Source: an uncultured Candidatus Binatia bacterium
GTDB lineage: Bacteria; Desulfobacterota; Binatia; Bin18
Assembly (NCBI GenBank): GCA_965200965.1
Contig: OZ241744.1
Coordinates: 2,720,001 to 2,784,000, forward strand
Reading direction: 5' to 3'
Length of the DNA stretch: 64,000 nucleotides
The notes beneath the pieces were generated by a model. It had not been told where the DNA came from. It did no database searches and saw only the letters and a list, made by a program, of their open reading frames with translations. Numbering within the stretch: position 1 is the first letter of the stretch; every line of letters begins with the position of its first letter. Below, piece after piece: positions 36,530 through 46,196 of this stretch. The position numbers and the translations under genes were made by a program.

Positions 36530-39174
36530 TTAATAATAATAGCCACGCAGGCGGCGGCCAGGGCTGGGCTGGTCGCGGTTGTTGTCCACAGGAGGAAACG
36601 TTTCATCTCGTCCTTGCGGGATGGTGGCGGCGTCGGTCAGCCGGGCGGTGACGACAATAATCAGTTCGGTGGCACTGGAGCGGACCGAGCGGGTGCCGAA
36701 CAGCAGGTTGACGATTGGGATGTCTTTGAGGAGTGGCACTCCGCTTTCGCGCGATTCGCTCTGGTCACGGTACAGGCCGGCGATGACGATGGACTCGCCG
36801 TTGCCGACCTCGACGGTGGTCTCGGCCCGGCGGCCGTCAATGACCGGGATATCTACTCCCGCGGCCCGCAGGGCTTCGGTCTCGGAGCGTTGCGAGACCT
36901 CGGAGCGGACGGTCAGCACAATCCGCCCGCTGTCTACCACGGTCGGCACAAAGTCGAGCAGGACGCCGAACTTCTTATAGGTGAAGATGATCGCCCCGTC
37001 CTCAAAGCCGGCCGGCAGCGGAAACTCGCCGCCGGAAAAGAAGCTGGCGGTTTCGCCCGATACCGCGGTCAGGCTGGGCCGGGCCAGGACGCTGACGAGG
37101 CCGGCGGTGGCCAGGGCGTCGAGCATGGCGGTGACCCGCGTACTGCCGTCGATAACCTGGTTCGTGAAAATCCCCGAGGCCGCGCCACCGGGCAGAGCCG
37201 TCCGCAAGAACTCGCTGGCCTCTTCATCAAGGAAGTCGCGTCCGATGAAGAGGTTTGTCTGGCCCCCACCGGCGTGGGTGTCAACGATCTCCCAGTTGAT
37301 GCCCAGGGCTTCGCTGACGCTGCGGTTCATCTCGGCGATCTGGACCTCGAGGTTGACCTGCTGTGCGCCGGAGACGATGAGGCGGTTGGTGACGGGAACC
37401 TCGCTCGGCAGGGCGGCCACGGCCAGCCGCACGGCCAAGTCGGCCTGGGCTGAGGAGGCGACTGTGCCGCTGAGTTCAACGCCTTGGCTGAGCTGCCGGA
37501 CGGAGATCCCTTTGAGGGCTTCTGCGCCCTCCAGGGCGGTCTGGACCGGGCCGACATCAATCACCGTGGCCACCGTCCAGGCGGCCAGCATCTCGCCGGC
37601 GGCGTCAAGTACGGCGACTGAGGTGCGGCCAATGGCTTTGCCGACGAGGTGCAGGACGCCGGAGGAAACGAGGCTGACATCGGCGATGTCGGGGTTGCCG
37701 ATGAAGACGGAGCCGGCCGGCGCGTCAAGGCGCAGCAGGCGGCTGTGGCCGAGGGGCAGGGTCAGGAGGGGGGCGGTGTGGGGCGGTGCGGGCTCTTCCT
37801 TCCCCTCCGGGGGGGAGGGAAGAAAAGGTGGCTGGGGCGGGCTGCCTGTGGGCGTGGGGCTGGCGGTTTGTGTTCCTCTGTCTGAGGGGGAGGAAGTGGG
37901 GGTGCGTGGCGTTGTACCGGGGGTCTGTGCTCCCTCTCCCCTTGGGGTTTGGGGTGAGGGGTCTTCGGGAGAAGGAACACCTGGGCGGTCCTGGCTGCCT
38001 GGGTCTACAGGAGGAGCGGTAGTGGTTTGCGCGGTTTGTGTGGGAGCGGGTGTCCCCGCTGCCTCTCCCTCTGAGGGGAGGGAAGGAGAGGCGGTTGCGG
38101 CTCGGCGGTGGTCTTTGCGCAGGTCAAGGACAATTTTGGTCATGCCGCCCTGGCGCAGGGGGAAGGTGCGCAGGTGGTAGTCGCCGGTGAGGGTGGCGGT
38201 GAAGGTGCGGCCGTCGGGGTCAAGGACGGCTTGGCTGATGTATGCGCCGAGGTGGTGGCGGATTGGCGCAAAGTCGGTGTGCATCTGCCGGCCAAACTCC
38301 ACGGTGAGGAGTCTGGCGTCCAGGCTGGCGGTGTAGCTGACGGTCTGGGGCCAGTCAAAGACGATGCGGCCGTAGTCGTTATGCGCCCAGGCACGGGTGA
38401 TGACTTGCTCGGCGGCAGCCCCCTCCGCCCGGCCCTCCGCCTCTGGGGGGGCGGTCTGGTCCGGGTCTTGCTCCCTCTCCCCTTGGGGGCTGGGGTGAGG
38501 GGTTGGGGTGGGCTGTGTGGGAGCGGGTGTTCCCGCTGCCTCCTCCTCTGAGGGGAGGGAACGAGAGGCGGCTGTGGCTCGGCGGTGGTCTTTGCGCAGG
38601 TCGAGGACAATTTTGGTCATGCCGCCTTGGCGCAGGGGGAAGGTGCGCAGGTGGTAGTCGCCGGTGAGGGTGGCGGTGAAGGTGCGGCCGTCGGGGTCAA
38701 GGACGGCTTGGCTGATGTATGCGCCGAGGTGGTGGCGGATTGGCGCAAAGTCGGTGTGCATCTGCCGGTCAAACTCCACGGTGAGGAGTCTGGCGTCCAG
38801 GCTGGCGGTGTAGCTGACGGTCTGGGGCCAGTCAAAGACGATGCGGCCGTAGTCGTCGTGCACCCAGGCACGGGTGATGACTTGCTCGGCGGCTGTCCCC
38901 TCTGTCTGGCCCTCCGCCTCTGGGGGGGCAGGAACGGGAAGGTGTGGCCCGCTGTCTGGGGGGGGGGTGGTCCGGGTCTTGCTCCCTCTCCCCTGTGGGG
39001 GTTGGTGTGGGCTGTGTCGGAGCGGGTGTCCCCCCTGCCTTCCCCCTCCAGGGGGGAGGGGATATGTGGCTGCCCGGTCGGCTCGGGGTCTGCCGGCTGG
39101 GCGTTGGCAGTCTTGTTGCCCCCTCCCATCCACAGCAAGAGGGCAACAAGGATTCCACATAGGAGTTTGGGCAC
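36530..39174 (-). CDS. cpaC: Tad secretin CpaC/RcpA with long duplicated N-terminal extension; frameshifted near the 5' end
   Basis: GNPDIADV N-domain, QVNLEVQIAE, SGETASF.SGGEFP, PLLKDIPIV.LLF; signal peptide (GTG 39174) lies in another frame. Confidence 0.85.
38035..38930 (-). repeat. 477-bp-period tandem duplication inside the secretin gene
   Basis: Near-identical AAEQVITRAW.H.DYGRIVFDW...KIVLDLRKDHRRA blocks (e.g. 38101 vs 38578). Confidence 0.9.
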
Positions 39175-39250
39175 TGGCTGTAGCGTATCACATACTGATG
39201 GATAACTACAGCCTGATGCGCGATCAGGCAACGACGGCCCGGACCGCTGT

Positions 39251-39511
39251 TCAGGATGAGTTGCCGGTTGAGTTGCCGGTTGAGTTGCCGGTTGAGTTGC
39301 CACCTTGGTCTCTCGCGGCTGTCACCCCTGCGGCCATATCAGCCCGGAGGCGTGTGAGTGAGTCTACGATTTCCTGCCTAAAGGCTGCCACCGCGGCCCC
39401 GAGACCAAGGGCGACCGCGCCGACCAGCATGGCGTATTCCAGGGCGGAGACAGCCTTGGTGTTGCGGAGATAACGACGGGCGGTTCTGGCGTAGTGTCTG
39501 ATGCGGGTCAT
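39251..39511 (-). CDS. flp: Flp family type IVb pilin with (GNST)n tail
   Basis: Basic leader, A-VSAL-EY Flp motif, hydrophobic helix; GGAG RBS. Confidence 0.85.
   Translation of the reverse strand: MTRIRHYARTARRYLRNTKAVSALEYAMLVGAVALGLGAAVAAFRQEIVDSLTRLRADMAAGVTAARDQGGNSTGNSTGNSTGNSS
39257..39301. repeat. 12-bp tandem repeat (tgagttgccggt x3.75)
   Basis: Directly visible; encodes GNST repeats at the pilin C-terminus. Confidence 0.9.
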
Positions 39512-39585
39512 GCTTCTTCTCCTTTCCTTACAGAGCGGTGAATACATCATGTAGGGCCTTACATTGCAATTGGGGGCTGTCCCGT

Positions 39586-40077
39586 CTAGTTCAGGCTGGA
39601 TTGTGCAGCAGGGTCGGTGCGTTCAATGAGGACGCGGAGGGCCTCGCCTTGCTGGCGGAGGGCCTCGCCTTGCTGGCGGAGGGCCTCGCCTTGCTGGTGG
39701 AAGGCTTCACCTTGCTGATGGACTGCATCGCGGAAGGCTTCGCCCTGCTGGCGGAGGGCCTCGCCTTGCTGGCGGAGGGCTTCCATTGTCTCGGCGTGCC
39801 GGCGGGCATCGGCCTCCCCTTGGCGGGCAGATTCCTCCCCTTGGTGGGCGAAGGCGGCCATGACTTCCTCGTGCCGCTTTTGGTGCTCTTTCCCTCGTTT
39901 GTCGCTATCCCGGAGCATGTTCCGAATGCCTGACCAGATAATGGCGCATTGGGTGAGGCCGATCACGCCGGTGACGATGATCGAGACGACTTCTGTCCAC
40001 TTTGGCTCGTTGGCCGCCTGTTGGGCGGCCAACATGGCCTGCTGGAAGGCGAGTGTGGCGGTTTCAAACTCGGTCAT
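39586..40077 (-). CDS. TM + QQGEALR heptad coiled-coil protein (copy B)
   Basis: GAGAGG RBS; TM VVSIIVTGVIGLTQCAIIWSGI; 21-bp repeats; ends ALRVLIERT. Confidence 0.75.
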   Translation of the reverse strand: MTEFETATLAFQQAMLAAQQAANEPKWTEVVSIIVTGVIGLTQCAIIWSGIRNMLRDSDKRGKEHQKRHEEVMAAFAHQGEESARQGEADARRHAETMEALRQQGEALRQQGEAFRDAVHQQGEAFHQQGEALRQQGEALRQQGEALRVLIERTDPAAQSSLN

Positions 40078-40089
40078 GGCCTCTCTTCT

Positions 40090-40130
40090 AAACGACGGGC
40101 GGTTTTGGCGCAGCGTCTGATGTGGGTCAT
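40090..40130 (-). pseudogene. Relic 5' end of a second flp pilin gene
   Basis: GGAGAAGC-ATG then MTHIRRCAKTARR versus flp MTRIRHYARTARR; upstream sequence also similar. Confidence 0.7.
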
Positions 40131-40184
40131 GCTTCTCCTCTCAAAGAACTGTGATCATAATCATATGGGGCCTTACATTACAAA

Positions 40185-40676
40185 CTAGTTCAGGCTGGAT
40201 TGTGCAGCAGGGTCGGTGCGTTCAATGAGGACGCGGAGGGCCTCGCCTTGCTGGCGGAGGGCTTCGCCTTGCTGGCGGAAGGCTTCACCCTGTTGGCGGA
40301 AGGCTTCACCTTGCTGATGGACTGCATCGCGGAAGGCTTCGCCCTGCTGGCGGAGGGCCTCGCCTTGCTGGCGGAGGGCTTCGCCTTGCTGGCGGAGGGC
40401 TTCCATTGTCTCGGCGTGCCGGCGGGCATCGGCCTCCCCCTGGCGGGCGAAGGCGGCCATGACTTCCTCGTGCCGCTTTTGGTGCTCTTTCCCTCGTTTG
40501 TCGCTATCCCGGAGCATGTTCCGAATGCCTGACCAGATAATGGCGCATTGGGTGAGGCCGATCACGCCGGTGACGATGATCGAGACGACTTCTGTCCACT
40601 TTGGCTCGTTGGCCGCCTGCTGGGCGGCTAACATGGCCTGCTGGAAGGCGAGTGTGGCGGTTTCAAACTCGGTCAT
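40185..40676 (-). CDS. TM + QQGEALR heptad coiled-coil protein (copy A)
   Basis: Near-identical to 39586-40077 (599-bp offset) with a different heptad arrangement. Confidence 0.75.
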   Translation of the reverse strand: MTEFETATLAFQQAMLAAQQAANEPKWTEVVSIIVTGVIGLTQCAIIWSGIRNMLRDSDKRGKEHQKRHEEVMAAFARQGEADARRHAETMEALRQQGEALRQQGEALRQQGEAFRDAVHQQGEAFRQQGEAFRQQGEALRQQGEALRVLIERTDPAAQSSLN

Positions 40677-40686
40677 GGCCTCTCTT

Positions 40687-42195
40687 CTAGTAGATGCGGC
40701 GGAAGCGTTTCAACTGCTGGGCGATGGAGCGAAAGGCGTCCTTCAGGGTCTCGGGCGTGGCGTTGTTGACAAAGACATAGGTTCCGTCCGGGTCATCGGC
40801 CGCACTGGAACACTGGGTCAGGGAGTTTTTCAGGCTCGCCGAAACGGTGGGCATGGCGGCAATGGCAAATATCTTGATGCCGGCGTTCTTGGCCGCGGTA
40901 CACGCCCTGTTCCGATGGCCGGCATGACGGGTATCCGCGCCATCGGTGAGCAGGACCAGGGCTTTTTGCACGGCCTCGTTGGCCGGGTCGGCCGGGTGGG
41001 TCCCGCCGCCCCATACGGACCGCCAGGAGGGGGCGAGCAGGCGGTGTGCCCAGGTCACGCCAACCGCGGAATAGGTGTCGCTGCCGGCCGCCTGCAAGCC
41101 GTTGATCGCTGTCCGTATCGCGCCGGTATCGGTGGTCAGCGGTATGATCGGGGGCGGGGGGAGCCCGCAGGTATATTGGATATCGTCATTGCTCAGCTTT
41201 GCAACGCCCGTACCCGGTGTACCGTGATAACACCAGTCCTGCCCCTTTGGGGGAGCGACACACTCGAAAGAGCCGTAAAAGTGTTGCAGGTTCGGCGGCA
41301 CATTGTAGAACTCCATTGTAAACGGTGTGTCCGCCGGCGGGGCGGAAGAAAAGGCCGGCGGGTTGCTGCCGGAGGTGGAACGCTGCTCAACACAGCCCTT
41401 CCAGGCCTGGGGCTTGGTGGCCGGGAGCGTCTGCCACTCGCCGGGGGCGTAAGTTTTCCTCCAGTTGGTGCCCACGGTCCAGTAGGGCTTGGGATACCAG
41501 CGTTGGGTTGGGTAGACCGCCCAGCCGTTGTTTTCCCAGTGTGTTCGCTCGGTGGGGCCTAAGCGGACCTGTTCATCCCAGGGAACGAGTCCGATTGCCG
41601 CGGAGCCGTCACCGCTGGCGTTCAGGATGTTGACGAGTTCCAGGGCGGCCCCTTTGACGACCGTCAGGAGCGAATCGGTACTCCCAGACAGGCGGCTCAT
41701 TGAGCTGGTGACATCAATAGCCAGGGCAACCTCGGTCAGGCGTTCGAGCTGCTCAAAGCCGCTGCGGGTCTCTGAGGTGGCGGCGATATTGCCCCAGAGC
41801 CAGCGGCCAAAGACGGCACCGCCAAGGTCGGCCTTGGCGTGGACGCCGACCGTGCCGGCGGTGCAGTTGGGGGTGAGGGTGACTTCCAGGGTTTCGTCGG
41901 CTCGGTCGCGTTTGCCCGCGGGCAGGTTGGACAGGATGTAGCGTCTGGCTATGGGGCTGAGGGCGGCGTTGAGTTGGGCGTCGGTCATGGTGGTGCAACT
42001 GAGGCTTTCCATCTCGTTCATCAGAGCGACACCGGCCGAGTCGGAGGCAACCTGGAGCAGGTCACGCTGCCAGGTAAGCTGGTGGTGGTCGCCGACGAGG
42101 GCGATGCCGGCCAGGCTCAGCATGGTGAACATGCCGGCGGTGAGGGTGGTGGCGACGGCGGCGGTGCTGTGCAGAAATGCTGTGAGGTGTGTCAT
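40687..42195 (-). CDS. TadG-like pseudopilin with vWA domain
   Basis: N-terminal pilin-like TM and LQ.A.DSA motif; MIDAS DVTSS; LLTDG. Confidence 0.8.
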   Translation of the reverse strand: MTHLTAFLHSTAAVATTLTAGMFTMLSLAGIALVGDHHQLTWQRDLLQVASDSAGVALMNEMESLSCTTMTDAQLNAALSPIARRYILSNLPAGKRDRADETLEVTLTPNCTAGTVGVHAKADLGGAVFGRWLWGNIAATSETRSGFEQLERLTEVALAIDVTSSMSRLSGSTDSLLTVVKGAALELVNILNASGDGSAAIGLVPWDEQVRLGPTERTHWENNGWAVYPTQRWYPKPYWTVGTNWRKTYAPGEWQTLPATKPQAWKGCVEQRSTSGSNPPAFSSAPPADTPFTMEFYNVPPNLQHFYGSFECVAPPKGQDWCYHGTPGTGVAKLSNDDIQYTCGLPPPPIIPLTTDTGAIRTAINGLQAAGSDTYSAVGVTWAHRLLAPSWRSVWGGGTHPADPANEAVQKALVLLTDGADTRHAGHRNRACTAAKNAGIKIFAIAAMPTVSASLKNSLTQCSSAADDPDGTYVFVNNATPETLKDAFRSIAQQLKRFRRIY

Positions 42196-42272
42196 GGGCT
42201 TCTATCCGCAATCCGGGTGGTGTTGGATGACGCCTGGCTCATCCGGCCTGGGCGCATCGTCGGCATTGCATG

Positions 42273-42803
42273 TCAGGCCGGGGCCGGGGGTACGATGTCG
42301 TCACGGACCGGCAGGATGTGGTGCTGGTAGACGAGTTCGTCGCCCTGGCGGACGCACACTTCGGCGACGATGACGACTTCATCAACAGTCATGGTGAACT
42401 CGGTCGGCAGGCTGGCGTCGGACCCGGCTGGGCCGACTTTGCCGCAGCTGGCAATGCCGGTGTCGCTGGCGGCGTCCCGGCCAAACAGGTCGGTTCTGGC
42501 CCACAGCACGGTTGGGGCGTCGTCCGCGGTCGCCTTGTGGACCGCGGAGGTCACGAAGGCGGCCAGCCGGGGGCTGATCTGCTTGTTGTACAGGAACTGC
42601 CCCAGGTCCCGGATGTAGTTGGCGACTGGCGCGGCTTCCTGGCTGGCGTATTCGGCCATGGTGACCGCCGAGCGGGTGGTTTTGGCCTGGGCCGAGGACA
42701 GCCGGTACAGGTCAAAGCCGGCCACCGAAACGGCGAGCAGGACCACCGTGCCAATCGCGCACTCCAGGGCGGCCGAGCCGCGGGTCCACTTGGTCGTTTT
42801 CAT
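42273..42803 (-). CDS. TadE/TadF-like pseudopilin
   Basis: RGSAALE cleavage motif followed by a hydrophobic helix. Confidence 0.75.
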   Translation of the reverse strand: MKTTKWTRGSAALECAIGTVVLLAVSVAGFDLYRLSSAQAKTTRSAVTMAEYASQEAAPVANYIRDLGQFLYNKQISPRLAAFVTSAVHKATADDAPTVLWARTDLFGRDAASDTGIASCGKVGPAGSDASLPTEFTMTVDEVVIVAEVCVRQGDELVYQHHILPVRDDIVPPAPA

Positions 42804-43351
42804 CAGGCTTCCTCCTGGAGACGTTCGTTGCGCATGACGGCCAGGACGGTCAGGCCGCTCTCGCCCACGAGGCGCTGCTGGGCGCGGGCCAGGGCGGTCT
42901 GGGGCGTGAGGACCATGGTGACAACCACCATGTCCTTGGCGTCGCCGCCGAGGCCGGCGTTGGTGCCCTGCGATTCGGTCCCGGCCAGCATATCAGACGG
43001 GTTGTCGTAGACCTTGACCTCAATGTTCAGGCAGAAGTCCGACGGGCTTTCGCCTTCCGGCACGGTGCAGGTCCCGGTGCTGCCGGCCAGGTTAAAGTCA
43101 ATGGTCTGGCCAATCTCGGTCTTGATCGCCTCCAGGCATTGGGACTTCAGCGCCGCGGCGCTGCTGGCCGCGCTGTCGGCCAGGGCGTTGGAACGGACGA
43201 CCCGGTTGGCGGCCCGCTGGAGCAGGTCGCCGACGAGCAGGGTGTTGGTAATCTCAATCACGCCGGCCAGGGTGAGGATCAGGAACGACGCGGCCATGGC
43301 GCTCTCCAGGACGACGGAGGCGCGCTTGTCTCGGAGAAAGTGTTTCATCAT
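42803..43351 (-). CDS. TadE-like pseudopilin
   Basis: FLRDKRASVVLE leader, hydrophobic helix, C-terminal MRNE. Confidence 0.75.
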   Translation of the reverse strand: MMKHFLRDKRASVVLESAMAASFLILTLAGVIEITNTLLVGDLLQRAANRVVRSNALADSAASSAAALKSQCLEAIKTEIGQTIDFNLAGSTGTCTVPEGESPSDFCLNIEVKVYDNPSDMLAGTESQGTNAGLGGDAKDMVVVTMVLTPQTALARAQQRLVGESGLTVLAVMRNERLQEEA

Positions 43352-43373
43352 TATCCTTCTGGTCGTCCGCGGG

Positions 43374-45062
43374 CTACTGGCCGGGCAGGGCAATTCTTAC
43401 CATTGTGCCCTGCCCGGGCAGGGATCTGAGAGAGATGCTGCCCTCGTATTTCTGCACAACATGTTGGGCTGTCGTGAGGCCCATGCCTTTTGCATCAGGC
43501 CTGGAGGTGTAGAACGGCTCAAACACCTTTTTTCGATGCTCGGCCTCAATGCCGTCTCCATTGTCGGCGATGATGATGAGCACCGTGTCATCCTCACGTT
43601 TGGTCTCGATGCGGATGAGGCTGTTCTTCTTGCTCCGGTGCTCAAGGGCGTACAGCGAGTTGTCAAGAACGCTGGTGACAATCAGCCCGATGTCGGCCTT
43701 GGCAGCCAGGACCTTGGGCAGCGGGTTCAACTCCTTGACGACGACCGCGGCCGTTTCGGCCTTGGTGCTTTCTACGGCCTCATCGATGCAGTCGTTGATG
43801 TTCAGCCGCTCCCGGGCGTTGTCCCCGGTCTGGAACAGCGACGGCAGGCGGTCGGCGACCTCGACAATATCGCCGGCCTGGGCACGGATGCTTGAGAGCA
43901 GCGCGGCCGCGGTTTTGAGCTCTTCGTCGGCCACCGGCGGCGAGCCGGCTTCGTTCGAGCGCAGCTTGGCCTGCACATCGTCAAGAATGTCCAGGTTGCC
44001 GGTGATGTGCTCTCCGCAGGAGGCCAACTGCCGGGCGACGACCTCCAGCCCGGCCCGCTGCGCCACGCCCTCCGCGGCGCGGTCGGGGCCGACGGTCTGT
44101 TGGTCGGCCTCCAGGGTCGCGATCAGATTGTCCAGCCCGTTGGACTGTCTGCGCCTGGACCGCTGGGCCAGCCCGGCCACCGGGCTGGAACCGGGGATAT
44201 CCGCCGGCGCTTCCTGGGGCGCGTTCTTGGGCAGGCGCAGGGCAATGGCCAGCCACATCAGCCACAGCGCCCCGCCCGAGGCCAGGATGCCGTTTTCGTA
44301 GTAGTCAACCAGAACCTCTTTGCGGTCGGCCTCGGCTTTTAGGTTGGCGCTCAGGCTCTCGCCATAGTCGCTGATGGTGCTGGATGTGGCCTCCTGAAAG
44401 AACGCCTCGGTCGGTTCGTATTTGTCGAGCAGCACGAGGCCGTGGCCAACAAGATTCTGGGCCGGGCTGGTCAGCACCGGGTAACGGGCGGTGATGCGAT
44501 TGCCCACCTGGACAAGTACGCGCGTCAGGCGTTCTTTTTCCGGTGGGGTCGGGGTGGTGATATAGGCGGTGATATCGTTGGTGACGGTCGAAACGCTGCG
44601 GACGAACGACGCGTTGCCGTTTCTCTGTCGTATCTGGTTGATGAGGGTGCTGGAGGCCTGCGGCAGGTAGCGGATGGAATTGCGCAGAACGGCATAGCCG
44701 GTCTTGAAGCGCTCTACTCTCTCTTCCTTGGCATCAATGGCGGTCAGGTAGGCGTTGAGATCATAGCGCATCCGTTCTGGCAGGTCAGGGATGGTCCGCA
44801 TGGTGTCCGACAGCTCGGCCTTGAGGCGTTCTATCCGGGGGATGAAGGAAATGAGGCCGTCAAAGTCAGACAGCGGGTCCGCTCGGACCCGGGCGGCCTC
44901 AACGCTCCACTGGGATTCAATCTGGTTGATCCGCTGAATAAGGGAAATGGCGAGCCGATGGTTGGCCGGCTGATTGGTGCGGGCCATCCAGTACAACCCC
45001 GCCGCGATGGTCACGAGAAACAGCGAGAAAAAGACGCCGATGGTGAGTGATCTGGATCGCAT
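43374..45062 (-). CDS. Membrane sensor with DAHL-type periplasmic domain and HATPase_c domain
   Basis: Two TMs; KEERVERFK..YAVLRNS.RYLP (DAHL-like); N box, DNG.GI, FEPF, GMGL; no recognisable H-box. Confidence 0.75.
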   Translation of the reverse strand: MRSRSLTIGVFFSLFLVTIAAGLYWMARTNQPANHRLAISLIQRINQIESQWSVEAARVRADPLSDFDGLISFIPRIERLKAELSDTMRTIPDLPERMRYDLNAYLTAIDAKEERVERFKTGYAVLRNSIRYLPQASSTLINQIRQRNGNASFVRSVSTVTNDITAYITTPTPPEKERLTRVLVQVGNRITARYPVLTSPAQNLVGHGLVLLDKYEPTEAFFQEATSSTISDYGESLSANLKAEADRKEVLVDYYENGILASGGALWLMWLAIALRLPKNAPQEAPADIPGSSPVAGLAQRSRRRQSNGLDNLIATLEADQQTVGPDRAAEGVAQRAGLEVVARQLASCGEHITGNLDILDDVQAKLRSNEAGSPPVADEELKTAAALLSSIRAQAGDIVEVADRLPSLFQTGDNARERLNINDCIDEAVESTKAETAAVVVKELNPLPKVLAAKADIGLIVTSVLDNSLYALEHRSKKNSLIRIETKREDDTVLIIIADNGDGIEAEHRKKVFEPFYTSRPDAKGMGLTTAQHVVQKYEGSISLRSLPGQGTMVRIALPGQ

Positions 45063-45101
45063 AGGCTGACTCCTGCGTCGGACACTTCGTCTTTGCGGGG
45101 A

Positions 45102-46196
45102 CTAGTTGCCGCTCTGGGCGAAAGCCCGTTCCGGGCTGACCAGGCCGCCCCTGCCACGGCTGCCCTGGACCTGTTTCACCGCGGCCGGCTCCTCAACCTC
45201 TTGCTGGAAATCGGGGTCTACCGGCTCTCCGGCCAGGGTTTTGATGAAGGCCACAATGGCATCCTTATCCTCATCCGGGGCTTCGCGTCCCAACTGAAAC
45301 TCGAACATCGCGTCAACCGCATCGCGCAAGGTCTCGGCGCTGCCGTCGTGCAGATAGGGGGCGGTGTGGGCTGCCATGCGTAGGCTGGGGACCTTGAAGG
45401 CGTGACGGTCGGCAATGTTGCCGGTGACATTGAAGCGGCCAAGGTCGGCTTCGGTGATATTGCCCCGCTTTTTGAAATACTCGTTGATGACGCCGAAGAC
45501 CTGGAACATATTCCCGCCCACGGCCGCCCCCTGGTGGCACGACACACAGCCGTAGCGTTTGAACAGCATATAGCCGTGTTCCTCCTCCTCGGTAATGGCC
45601 GAGGAGTCGCCTGTGAGCCAGCGGTCAAAGCGGCTGTTGTGTGTGGTCAGGGAGCGGACAAATTCGGCGATAGCGTCTTTGACGGTGGTGCGGGTGATAC
45701 TGTCCTCGCCATACACCTCCGAGAACAGGCGGGGATAGTCCTCGTCCTGAAAAAGTTTGGTGAGCACATCGGGCCAGATGCTTCCCATCTCAATGTTGCT
45801 CTGTATCGGTCCGTCAGCCTGGTCTTCCAGCGTCTCCGCCCGTCCGTCCCAGAACTGTTTGAAATTGAAATTGGCGTTGAGCACAGTGGGCGCGTTCACC
45901 GCGCCGAGCTTGCCCTGAATCCCGACCGAAACCTGCCTGCCGTCGTCGCCACCGGCCCTGAGATGGTGGCAACTGGCGCACGAAACAGAGTTGTCGTTTG
46001 ACAAGCGCACATCGTGGAACAGCCGCTTGCCCAGGCCGGCTTTGGCCACATCAACCTCAATGGCCGGCATTGGCTTGATCGGCTCTGCTGCCGCGGCCTG
46101 TCCAGAGCCGAGGCAGACCACACCGGCTATTCCCAAGCCCGCCAGCCGGCGGCGGAGCCGAGCCGGTTTCCTTGCGCTCTTTTGAGCTGTGTTCAT
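45102..46196 (-). CDS. Di-heme cytochrome c peroxidase/MauG family protein
   Basis: CASCH and CVSCH, LGKRLF.D.RLS, QFWDGRA, FKVPSLR, APYLHDG. Confidence 0.9.
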   Translation of the reverse strand: MNTAQKSARKPARLRRRLAGLGIAGVVCLGSGQAAAAEPIKPMPAIEVDVAKAGLGKRLFHDVRLSNDNSVSCASCHHLRAGGDDGRQVSVGIQGKLGAVNAPTVLNANFNFKQFWDGRAETLEDQADGPIQSNIEMGSIWPDVLTKLFQDEDYPRLFSEVYGEDSITRTTVKDAIAEFVRSLTTHNSRFDRWLTGDSSAITEEEEHGYMLFKRYGCVSCHQGAAVGGNMFQVFGVINEYFKKRGNITEADLGRFNVTGNIADRHAFKVPSLRMAAHTAPYLHDGSAETLRDAVDAMFEFQLGREAPDEDKDAIVAFIKTLAGEPVDPDFQQEVEEPAAVKQVQGSRGRGGLVSPERAFAQSGN

